From: Selenomonas ruminantium
Lineage (GTDB): Bacteria > Bacillota > Negativicutes > Selenomonadales > Selenomonadaceae
DNA length: 24,000 bases
Direction: 5' to 3' (one strand)
NCBI RefSeq assembly: GCF_015058625.1
Contig: NZ_SVCA01000009.1
The position numbers and the translations under genes were made by a program. Below the pieces are notes generated by a model. It had not been told where the DNA came from and made no database searches. It worked only from the letters and a program-made list of their open reading frames with translations. Shown piece by piece: positions 15,565 to 23,605 of the stretch; the first letter of the stretch is position 1, and every line of letters starts with the position of its first letter.

Positions 15565-16038
15565 ATGTCGCAGATGTCAATGGAAACGTTACTGGCCCTG
15601 CAGAATCTGGCGGCCAAAACATATAAGAGCAAGGAAAATAAACTGGAAACGAAAACGGGGGATGGCGAAAGCTATCAGGATATTTGGGCGAAGGTCAAAA
15701 AGGAGCAGGAAGAATGGGATAAGACTCTCAATGAATACGATTTGACGAAGTACAAGCTGGGGCTTATGGACAGCTTCTGGTCGGATAGCCGCAAAAAGAC
15801 ACAGGATTATATGTACAGCTACTATAAACGCCAGCAGCGGGCCATTAATCAGCAGTCGATTAATGAAATCGCCCAGAACATTGCCTGGCTTAATCAGCTG
15901 AACAACAGCGGGCTATTAAATGGTAGTATCGACACCGAAGCGGCGCAGGCTACCGGCAAAGCACTGAAAAGCGCCCTGCAGACTACGGTGCTGGCAAGCA
16001 TAAGGAACTTTCAGGTCAATTCGTTTTTGGGGATATAA
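15565..16038 (+). CDS. Hypothetical protein (157 aa, predicted helical, no recognisable domain)
   Basis: The ORF is open with normal codon usage. ATG lies directly after the terminator T-run. The only SD-like sequence (AAGGGGG) is the 3' arm of that terminator. Confidence 0.5.
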   Translation: MSQMSMETLLALQNLAAKTYKSKENKLETKTGDGESYQDIWAKVKKEQEEWDKTLNEYDLTKYKLGLMDSFWSDSRKKTQDYMYSYYKRQQRAINQQSINEIAQNIAWLNQLNNSGLLNGSIDTEAAQATGKALKSALQTTVLASIRNFQVNSFLGI

Positions 16039-16100
16039 GCAAAAAGAGATTGTGAAATTGCTGTTTGCCAATACGTGCTAAATTTTTTTGTTACAGCTCA

Positions 16101-16304
16101 GTTTGGGCGGAGGTGGTAATACTTTTCGCCGTTGCACTGAATGACCCACAAGTAAGTGTATGGGCTTTTTAGTTACCTGCGCCGGGCAAGACCGGCGGCG
16201 CGTATGTTCAACTCAACTTCTAGGAACTTTTTGTTTGTGGGCCAGTCCTCACTGCGTTCGGACAGTCGTTCCACGGCGAAAAGCATCACCACCTCCGCCC
16301 TAAG
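16101..16304 (-). ncRNA. Unclassified structured RNA, copy A (about 205 nt)
   Basis: A 28-bp closing helix forms between 16105-16132 and 16273-16300. Its two non-Watson-Crick positions are G-U only on the minus strand. Conserved internal blocks are shared with copy B. There is no conserved ORF. Confidence 0.55.
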
Positions 16305-16404
16305 CGATGTCCGTATAAGATGGCATTTCGCGGTGACAAGCAGCAAGTACATCGATGTTCTTGTTGCGGGAGCAACGAGTTCGTGGCAATAGTATAGGCC
16401 GTAA

Positions 16405-16610
16405 CTTGGGTCGGACGGGGGAGTGATTTTTCTGTAGGGAGCGACTGCCTGAACGCAGTGAAGGCCGGCCCCTGCGGAAATCAGCTAAGCAAATACGCTG
16501 AAAGCAGCGCCGTTGGCCTGCCCGGCGCGAGTAACTGGACAGCTCTACTTAACGAAGGGGTCGTTTAGCGGAAAACAGAAAAATTACTCCCCCGTCTGGC
16601 CCCAAACTAC
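16405..16610 (+). ncRNA. Unclassified structured RNA, copy B (about 205 nt)
   Basis: A closing helix of about 29 bp forms between 16407-16435 and 16575-16604. Its three non-Watson-Crick positions are G-U only on the plus strand. It is homologous to the reverse complement of copy A. Confidence 0.55.
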
Positions 16611-16661
16611 GTATGAACAAGATACCTTTACCACGAACTTCCCAACAAACTGCAATTTGCC

Positions 16662-16697
16662 AAAAGTGCGTTGACAACTTTTATGTCAACGCACTTT
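16662..16697 (-). terminator. Terminator downstream of the permease gene (usable on both strands)
   Basis: A 14-bp stem, AAAGTGCGTTGACA with TGTCAACGCACTTT, is followed by U4 on the minus strand. Confidence 0.6.
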
Positions 16698-16753
16698 CTG
16701 GCTGTTAAGGGGACTTTAATCCCCTGTATGTGTAGATGTCTGATATAGCTTTA

Positions 16754-18061
16754 TTATGCACGCATAATGAGATTTACGAGGAACGCCAGGCTGATTACGC
16801 CCATTACCCAGCTGACTTCTTTATATCTGCCGGTACATATCTTCAGCACAACATAGCTGATAAACCCAAAGGCAAAGCCGCTGGCGATGCTGTAGGTCAG
16901 CGGCATCATAATGATGGTCAGGAAGGCCGGTACGCCGTCGGTGAGGTCGGAAAAGTCAATGTCCTTGACGGAAGAAATCATCAAAGCACCGATGAGAATC
17001 AGCGCAGAGGCCGTCGCATAGCTGGGCACCAAGGCAATCAGCGGGGCGAACAGCAGCAGGGAGAGGAAGCCGAGCGCCGTGATGACGGCGGTAAGGCCTG
17101 TGCGGCCGCCAGCTTCAATACCCGTGGCGCTTTCCAGATAGGTGGTAACGGTAGAGGTTCCAACAAACGCACTGCCAATCGTAGCGAAGGCATTCATGGT
17201 CAGTGCCTTGTTGAGACCGGGGATTTCGCCATCTTCCTGCACCATATTGGCCCGGCGGGTCAGGCTGATGAGGGTGCCGATATTATCGAAGAGTTCCACC
17301 ATGGTAAAGGTGAAGATAATGGAGATAATCCCATAGTCCCAGGCACCTGCGATATCGAGCTGGACGAAGGAACCACTCACTGAGGGAATGTCGAAGCTGA
17401 TAATATCGCTGATACCGTGGGGAATGGGAGAATACCCCAGCGCCATGGAGAGCAGCGTGGTCACGCCGATGCTGATGAGGATAGCACCCTGCACGCCGCG
17501 CACCATGAGAATGACCGTGAGGGCCAGTGTGAACATGGCAAAGACAGGTGCAGGCTGGGTAACGTCACCGAGCGCCACAAAGGTTGACGGGTCAGCTTGC
17601 AGGACACCGGCATTTTTGAGACCGATAAAGGCGATAAAAAGGCCGATACCGACCGTGATGGCTGCTTTGAGTGTATCCGGTACGGCATGAATGATGGCTT
17701 TCATAATGCCGCCGCAGGTCAGAATCAGAAAGACAATGCCCGAAAAGAACACGGCACCGAGGGCCACGGTCCAATGCAGGTGCAGGCTGCCGCAGACGTA
17801 ATAGGAAAAGAACGCGGCAAGACCAAGCCCGGGGGCAAGTGCCACCGGGTAATTGACCAGCACACCCATAAAGAGGGTGGAAACAGCGGTAATCAAAATC
17901 GTAGCGGCGATGGATGCTTCCTGGGGCACACCCGCATCGGTGAGCATGTGGGGAATGACAAAAACGATATATGCCATGGCAATGAACGTGGTCAGCCCGG
18001 CAAAGATTTCTGTGCGTACCGTCGTTTCGCGGTCGCTCAGCTTAAATAGGCGGTCTAGCAT
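16754..18061 (-). CDS. NCS2-family purine permease (AzgA/PbuG-like adenine/guanine/hypoxanthine transporter)
   Basis: The N-terminus MLDRLFKLSDRETTVRTEIFAGLTTFIAMAYIVFV is characteristic of the AzgA subfamily. The protein has about 13 TM segments. RBS AGGAGG lies 4 nt upstream of the ATG. Confidence 0.9.
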   Translation of the reverse strand: MLDRLFKLSDRETTVRTEIFAGLTTFIAMAYIVFVIPHMLTDAGVPQEASIAATILITAVSTLFMGVLVNYPVALAPGLGLAAFFSYYVCGSLHLHWTVALGAVFFSGIVFLILTCGGIMKAIIHAVPDTLKAAITVGIGLFIAFIGLKNAGVLQADPSTFVALGDVTQPAPVFAMFTLALTVILMVRGVQGAILISIGVTTLLSMALGYSPIPHGISDIISFDIPSVSGSFVQLDIAGAWDYGIISIIFTFTMVELFDNIGTLISLTRRANMVQEDGEIPGLNKALTMNAFATIGSAFVGTSTVTTYLESATGIEAGGRTGLTAVITALGFLSLLLFAPLIALVPSYATASALILIGALMISSVKDIDFSDLTDGVPAFLTIIMMPLTYSIASGFAFGFISYVVLKICTGRYKEVSWVMGVISLAFLVNLIMRA

Positions 18062-18087
18062 AACTCCTCCTAAAATTATAGATATAA

Positions 18088-18193
18088 GCCTTCCCCTTTG
18101 GAGAAGGTGGACGCGCAGCGCCCGGATGAGGTTCAGGTATACTTTACCTCATCCGGCAACCTTTCGGTTGCCACCTTCCCCAAAGGGGAAGGC
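18088..18193 (-). promoter_or_regulatory. Structured 5' leader (three-way junction) of the purine permease gene
   Basis: A 23-bp closing helix (18088-18110 with 18171-18193) has one G-U that is valid only on the minus strand. It encloses a GAAA-tetraloop hairpin (18155-18172) and a 10-bp hairpin (18122-18156). A TATAAT box (complement of 18195-18200) would place the TSS at the base of the helix. Confidence 0.45.
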
Positions 18194-18218
18194 TATTATA
18201 TGTTTTTTTTGTTAGTGA

Positions 18219-20114
18219 TTAGTCCTTGATGGGCTTTTTCAGTACGGACAGTACAATGCAGCCTACTACAGCACCAATGATGATGGCTGCCAGGTACATG
18301 CCTGCATTGCCGATGGTCGGTACGACGAAGATGCCGCCATGGGGAGCACGCAGGGTGCAGTCAAAGGCCATGGACAGAGCACCAGCCGTAGCAGAACCGA
18401 TGAATACGGAAGGAATTACGCGCAGAGGGTCACCAGCGGCAAACGGAATAGCACCTTCGGTGATGAAGGACATACCCATGACATAGTTGGTGATACCAGC
18501 TTTGCGTTCGCTTTCGGTGAAGCGGTTCTTGAAGAACGTCGTGCACAGAGCGATTGCCAGAGGCGGAACCATACCGCCAGCCATAACAGCGGCCATTACA
18601 TGGTATTCTCCGGAGGCCAGAAGCCCCGTACCCGTTACATAAGCTGCCTTGTTGATCGGGCCGCCCATGTCGATAGCCATCATGCCGCCCATGACGATAC
18701 CCAGCAGAATGCGGGCATTCGGGTCCATGTTTTTGAGCGTGTCAACGAGCCAGGTGTTGATGGCACCAACCGGCGGAGCAATGATGAACATGCTGATGAA
18801 GCCGATAATCAGGATACCGAAGAACGGATAGAGCAGAACGGGCTTGATGCCGTCTAGAGATTCCGGCAGAACGGAGAATGCTTTCTTCAGGAAGTTTACA
18901 GCGTAACCAGCAACGAAACCGGCGACGAGAGCGCCGAGGAAGCCGGAACCCGTGGTGCCAGCCAGCGCACCGCCAACGAAACCTACAGCAAGGCCCGGAC
19001 GGTCAGCAATGGACATGGCAATAAAGCCGGCGAGAATCGGCAGCATGAAGCCGAAGGAGGCACCGCCGATATCCTTGAAGAACTTAGCCAGCGGCGTGTT
19101 GGAACCGAAGTTACTCGGGTCGATGGAGTAATCATCGAACAGGAAAGCCAAAGCGATTAAGATACCGCCACCGACAACGAAGGGCAGCATATGGCTGACA
19201 CCGTTCATGAGGTGCTTGTAAATCTGACGGCCGAGGCTTTCACCGGATACATCCGCAGCGGATTCCTCTGCATCAGTGCCGGAAGCATGATAGATGGGAG
19301 CGTTGCCGGACAGGGCACGGTCTAAAAGTTCGTCTGCCTTGTTGATGCCGTCGGCAACCTTGGTGATGATGGTCGGTTTGCCATCGAAACGGGCCATAGC
19401 GACGTTCTTATCAGCAGCGACGATGATAGCGTCAGCTTTGGCGATTTCTTCAGCGGTCAGTACGTTCTTAGCACCGCCGGAGCCGTTGGTTTCAACCTTG
19501 ATGGTGATGCCGCGCTTCTTAGCGTGCTGTTCGAGACTTTCGGCAGCCATGAAGGTGTGGGCAATACCCGTCGGGCAGGCCGTAACAGCCAGCACCTGAA
19601 TGTGGTCGGCTTTCGGAGCTTCTTCTACAGCATCTGCAGCCGCCGGAGCAACGAAGTTGCCGTCTTCCTTGGCATCGATGAGTTTCAGGAATTCATCTTT
19701 GCTCTTGGCAGCAATCAGAGCTTCCTTGAAGTCCGGGTCCATAATCATGGTAGCCAGCTTGGACAGGATGGCCAGATGATCATCATTGGCAGAGTCCGGA
19801 GCAGCAATCATGAAGAACAGGCGGCTCGGCTGGCCGTCCATGGACTCAAAATCCATACCAGCAGGAACCGTCATAGCAGCAAGGCCTGCTGCCTTTACAC
19901 CAGCACTCTTGGCATGGGGAGTGGCGATACCGTCGCCAAGGCCAGTGGTGCCGGATGCTTCGCGGGCGAATACATCCTTGGTGTACTGTTCTTTGTCGGA
20001 AAGGTTGCCGCCAGCTTCCATGAGGTCAGCCAGCTGATTAATGGCTGCAGCTTTGTCAGCCGGGGAGGCGCCCAGAACGATGCTCTCGTTCTTGAGCAGG
20101 TCAGTGATACGCAT
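18219..20114 (-). CDS. fruA: PTS fructose-specific transporter, fused IIA-IIB-IIC
   Basis: The IIA domain has ATPHAK, the IIB has VTACPTGIAHTFMAAE, and a long IIC membrane domain follows. I prefer the start at ATG 20114 (MRITDLL, RBS AAGGAGAG) to the ORF-track start at 20174. Confidence 0.93.
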   Translation of the reverse strand: MRITDLLKNESIVLGASPADKAAAINQLADLMEAGGNLSDKEQYTKDVFAREASGTTGLGDGIATPHAKSAGVKAAGLAAMTVPAGMDFESMDGQPSRLFFMIAAPDSANDDHLAILSKLATMIMDPDFKEALIAAKSKDEFLKLIDAKEDGNFVAPAAADAVEEAPKADHIQVLAVTACPTGIAHTFMAAESLEQHAKKRGITIKVETNGSGGAKNVLTAEEIAKADAIIVAADKNVAMARFDGKPTIITKVADGINKADELLDRALSGNAPIYHASGTDAEESAADVSGESLGRQIYKHLMNGVSHMLPFVVGGGILIALAFLFDDYSIDPSNFGSNTPLAKFFKDIGGASFGFMLPILAGFIAMSIADRPGLAVGFVGGALAGTTGSGFLGALVAGFVAGYAVNFLKKAFSVLPESLDGIKPVLLYPFFGILIIGFISMFIIAPPVGAINTWLVDTLKNMDPNARILLGIVMGGMMAIDMGGPINKAAYVTGTGLLASGEYHVMAAVMAGGMVPPLAIALCTTFFKNRFTESERKAGITNYVMGMSFITEGAIPFAAGDPLRVIPSVFIGSATAGALSMAFDCTLRAPHGGIFVVPTIGNAGMYLAAIIIGAVVGCIVLSVLKKPIKD

Positions 20115-20177
20115 AATGTTCTCTCCTTTGCAGATAAAAGAATTATATATAATGCCTAAAAGGCGAGATCCCAAATG

Positions 20178-21086
20178 TTAAGCGATGGTGGCCAGCAGTG
20201 CTTCAACTTCCGGACGGGTAGCGAGATTTTCGCTGAACGCGGAAGCAGAACCCGTAGCTACGCCCATGTGGAAGGCTTTTTCAAAGTCGCCATTGGATTC
20301 CATGTAACCCGTGATGAAGCCGGCTACCATGGAGTCGCCAGCGCCGACGGAGTTGATGAGCTTGCCCTTCGGTGCCGGGCACTTATAAGACTGGCCTTCC
20401 GCCGTCAGGAGGATGGCACCGTCACCAGCCATGGAAATCAGCACGTTCTGTGCGCCTTTTTCCTGCAGCTTCTTGGCGTAGGTGATGATTTCTTCGTCCG
20501 TGGTGAGTTTCACGCCGAACATATCGCCGAGTTCGTGATTGTTGGGCTTAATGAGGAAAGGATGATACTGGAGCACATTGAGAAGCAGGTTCTTCTCAGC
20601 GTCAACCACGATGCGGATTCCCTTGCCGTCAAGGCGGGCCATGATGCGCTGATAGATGTCATCCGGCAGGGTCTTGGGAATGGAACCGGCCAGTACCAGC
20701 GTGTCACCCTCTACGAGTTTGTCGAGCTGGGCAAAGAGTTCAGCCTGCTTGGCTTCGCTGATGTCTGGGCCCTGACCGTTGATTTCCGTCTCCGTGCTGG
20801 CTTTGGCCTTTACGTTGATACGGGAGAAACCTTCGTCAAGCTGTACGAAATCGCTCTTGACGCCGAATTCCTTGAGCTGGCGCTTGATTTCTTCGCCGGT
20901 GAAGCCAGCGACAAAACCCAGGGCGCTGTTGTCATGGCCCATATTCTTCAGCACGATGGACACGTTGATGCCCTTGCCGCCAGCCAGAACCTGCTCGTAG
21001 TTGACGCGGTTGATGGCACCGGCGGTGAAGTTGTCCAGACGGACGATGTAATCCAGGGATGGATTGAAGGTTACGGTGTAAATCAT
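20178..21086 (-). CDS. fruK: 1-phosphofructokinase
   Basis: It is a PfkB-family protein with MIYTVTFNPSLDY, GGKGINVS and the C-terminal GAGDSMVAGF. It lies between fruR and fruA. Confidence 0.93.
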   Translation of the reverse strand: MIYTVTFNPSLDYIVRLDNFTAGAINRVNYEQVLAGGKGINVSIVLKNMGHDNSALGFVAGFTGEEIKRQLKEFGVKSDFVQLDEGFSRINVKAKASTETEINGQGPDISEAKQAELFAQLDKLVEGDTLVLAGSIPKTLPDDIYQRIMARLDGKGIRIVVDAEKNLLLNVLQYHPFLIKPNNHELGDMFGVKLTTDEEIITYAKKLQEKGAQNVLISMAGDGAILLTAEGQSYKCPAPKGKLINSVGAGDSMVAGFITGYMESNGDFEKAFHMGVATGSASAFSENLATRPEVEALLATIA

Positions 21087-21089
21087 TTC

Positions 21090-21836
21090 TTACTCTCCTT
21101 CAAGAACAGTGGTATAATCACGGTATTTTTTATCTTCCAGCCGGCCTGTAATAATGGTAGCACTGGAGATATTGGCAAAGGTGATAGGGGAAATCTTGTT
21201 GAATTTTGACTGGTCAGCCAAAACGTAAGCATGCTTGCAGCGGGAAAGAGCAGCACTCTTGATGGTGCCTTCGTCTGCATCCGGCGTAGAAAAACCGGAC
21301 TTGGGGCTGATGCCGTTGGTACCGAAGAAACCCTTGGTAAAATTGTAGCACTTGAGGCTTTCCAGGGCTTCTGTGCCGATAACCGCTTCCGTAACGGCCT
21401 TGACGGCACCGCCGATAATAAAGACCTTAAAGCCTTTGGCAGCCAGCTTGGCAGCGTGCTGCATACCATTGGTGACGAATACGGCACTGGTTTCCGTCAA
21501 AAAATCAATTAAATGCAAGGTGGTGGAACCCGCATCAATATAGACAAAATCCTTCTGCTTGATGAGTCCGGCAGCCTTGCGGGCGATGGCGATTTTTTCC
21601 TCAGGGAATAAATCGTTCTTGGTTTTCATGTCTTCCTCGGCACTGCTGTAGTTGTTGTCGATGGAAGTGGCCCCGCCGTACACCTTGTAGAGCCGCCCAT
21701 TCTTGTGCAGGGCGGTCAAATCCCTGCGCACTGTGGATTCAGATGCGTTCAGGGCACGGGTGAGGTCAAGGACGGTAACAGCCTTTTTTTCCTCAAGGAT
21801 GCGCAGAATTGTAGCATAACGCTCTTCCGTCAGCAT
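21090..21836 (-). CDS. fruR: DeoR-family transcriptional repressor of the fructose operon
   Basis: It has an N-terminal wHTH (ERYATILRILEEKKAVTVLDLTRALNASESTVRRDLTAL) and a DeoR C-terminal sugar-phosphate-binding domain. I prefer ATG 21836 (RBS GGAGAG 8 nt upstream) to GTG 21845. Confidence 0.9.
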   Translation of the reverse strand: MLTEERYATILRILEEKKAVTVLDLTRALNASESTVRRDLTALHKNGRLYKVYGGATSIDNNYSSAEEDMKTKNDLFPEEKIAIARKAAGLIKQKDFVYIDAGSTTLHLIDFLTETSAVFVTNGMQHAAKLAAKGFKVFIIGGAVKAVTEAVIGTEALESLKCYNFTKGFFGTNGISPKSGFSTPDADEGTIKSAALSRCKHAYVLADQSKFNKISPITFANISSATIITGRLEDKKYRDYTTVLEGE

Positions 21837-21870
21837 GGCTATCACTCTCCAAAAATGTGATTTTCTTTAT

Positions 21871-21899
21871 ATAATACAACTAAACTCCTTCAAAGTCAA
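21871..21899 (-). promoter_or_regulatory. Candidate fruRKA promoter
   Basis: On the minus strand: TTGACT (21899-21894), a 17-nt spacer, then TATTAT (21876-21871). Confidence 0.55.
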
Positions 21900-22070
21900 T
21901 CAAACTCACGAAAAAACACGCAAGAAGTTGCTAAATCCCGCCAAAAACTGTCGATAAAATACGAATGTACTTTAGTGTGATACAGAAATAAACATGAAAA
22001 AGAGGATTATTGTCTGCGTTTACCTAATAATATATAATGAATATAGAACGAAAATGGGAGTGTGAGGTGT

Positions 22071-22970
22071 ATGGAAGAACAGGCAACCTTGAATAATGAA
22101 GTAAAACCTAAAATTGGCCAGAATCGCACGACGTCATTTTATGTGAAAAAATATGCCATGATTTTTGTCGGGGCGGTTATTGCGGCTTTTGGCTTGGAAG
22201 AATTCTTGATTCCCAACAACGTCATTGACGGCGGTATCGTGGGTGTTTCCATTATGATGGAAACCATCACGGGCATGAGCATGGGTGTGTTTCTGGTACT
22301 CTTAAACATTCCCTTCCTCTTTATGGGGTACAAGCAGATTGGCAAGAACTTTGCCATTGCCACTTTGGTAGCCATCTGTTTTCTGGCCGTCTGGTCAGAG
22401 ATATTTGACCCGTTGGAGAAGGTGACGGATGACCCATTCCTTGCGGCTATCTTTGGCGGCATTATTGACGGTATCGGCGTGGGGATGATTATCCGGGCTG
22501 GCGGCAGTCTGGACGGTACGGAGATTGTGGCTATTATTATGGATAAGAAGTCCGTGTTCTCCGTGGGCGAAGTAGTTATGTTCATCAACCTCTTTATTCT
22601 GTCCAGCGCAGGACTGCTCTATGGATGGGACAAGGCCATGTACTCGCTGGTGGCATACTTTGTCATCTCCAAGATGATTGATGTGGTCATCAAGGGGTTG
22701 GATGAAAGTTACGCCGTGATGATTGTGACCAATGAGCATGAGGAAATCACTTCGGCCCTGAATGACCGTTTAGGCCGTGGCGTGACCCTGCTGCATGGTG
22801 CCGGTGGCTACACTGGGGAGAGCAAGGAAGTGCTTTACTGTGTGGTGACTCGTCTGGAAGTCGATAAGCTCAAGGAAATCGTACTCGACAAGGATGAAAA
22901 TGCCTTTGTAACCATCAATGCCGTCCATGATATTGTGGGCGGGCGGTTCAAGAAAAAGTCCATTCATTAA
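22071..22970 (+). CDS. YitT-family membrane protein (DUF2179 C-terminal domain)
   Basis: It has the FLIPNNVIDGGIVGVS motif, repeated TM pairs, and C-terminal GVTLLHGAGGYTGE...VVTRLEVDKLKEIV. I prefer ATG 22071 to GTG 22062. Confidence 0.85.
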   Translation: MEEQATLNNEVKPKIGQNRTTSFYVKKYAMIFVGAVIAAFGLEEFLIPNNVIDGGIVGVSIMMETITGMSMGVFLVLLNIPFLFMGYKQIGKNFAIATLVAICFLAVWSEIFDPLEKVTDDPFLAAIFGGIIDGIGVGMIIRAGGSLDGTEIVAIIMDKKSVFSVGEVVMFINLFILSSAGLLYGWDKAMYSLVAYFVISKMIDVVIKGLDESYAVMIVTNEHEEITSALNDRLGRGVTLLHGAGGYTGESKEVLYCVVTRLEVDKLKEIVLDKDENAFVTINAVHDIVGGRFKKKSIH

Positions 22971-23005
22971 AAGTCCGTGTGGTTTCAGGTTCTGGAGGTG
23001 TTATT

Positions 23006-23605
23006 GTGAAACGGAAAATTGCCTTACTATGGGCACTGTTTATGCTTATCCTGTCGGTGCAGGCCTGGGCGGCAGAGCGCACGCCGCTGCGGGTGGCGCA
23101 GTTTCCCTTGCTCATACAGAGTTATATGACGCCCACTCAGGATGCGCATGACCGCTTGGAAAAACTGGTGGACAGGAGCCTGCATGTTCCCTTGAACGGC
23201 ACGTTAAAAGCCGTCCAATACATTCCGGAGAAGGAATGCTGGGCGGCTTTGGAAGATGCGCGCAATGAGGCTGTCGGCAAGGTTAAGCTCAAGGACTTGA
23301 TGCGCTCTGTGGCAGAAAAACTGAATGCCGACCTGGTGGTTATGCCAGTGCTTACAGGTTATGAGCAGTATCAGACCATGCGCTGGAACCGCTGGGGCAG
23401 ATATATCGTCCATAGCTATGCGGCGGTGGAGATTGTCGGCTTTGACAAGGCTAAGGCAGAATCCTTTAGCAAAGGCGCATCGCGTCATTTCAACGACGAA
23501 TACGCCATGCAGGGGGATGTGTCGCAGCTGGCCTATGAGGCTATGGAAGAGGCTCTGCAAAGTGCCAAAATCCATGACCGGATATGGACGTGGAAGGACA
23601 GATAA
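23006..23605 (+). CDS. Exported hypothetical protein
   Basis: GTG 23006 has RBS GGAGGTG 5 nt upstream. The signal peptide is VKRKIALLWALFMLILSVQAWA|AE. I recognise no domain. Confidence 0.55.
   Translation: MKRKIALLWALFMLILSVQAWAAERTPLRVAQFPLLIQSYMTPTQDAHDRLEKLVDRSLHVPLNGTLKAVQYIPEKECWAALEDARNEAVGKVKLKDLMRSVAEKLNADLVVMPVLTGYEQYQTMRWNRWGRYIVHSYAAVEIVGFDKAKAESFSKGASRHFNDEYAMQGDVSQLAYEAMEEALQSAKIHDRIWTWKDR

Noticed and set aside
16156-16392. A 78-aa plus-strand ORF in the noncoding locus.
   Set aside because: It overlaps structured RNA copy A on the opposite sense and has no RBS. The homologous copy B has no equivalent ORF, so the conservation pattern is structural rather than coding.
16430-16470. 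Similarity of GGGAGCGACUGCCUGAACG to the lysine-riboswitch block GGGGAGCGUCGCCGAAG.
   Set aside because: There is no GAGGCGC 5' block, no five-way junction and no downstream lysine gene. The RNA also occurs as two divergent copies.
18062-18218. A canonical guanine/adenine riboswitch was expected upstream of the NCS2 permease.
   Set aside because: I looked for the conserved junctions and the two 7-bp hairpins with complementary loops on the minus strand and did not find them. The different structure that is present is reported as a finding instead.
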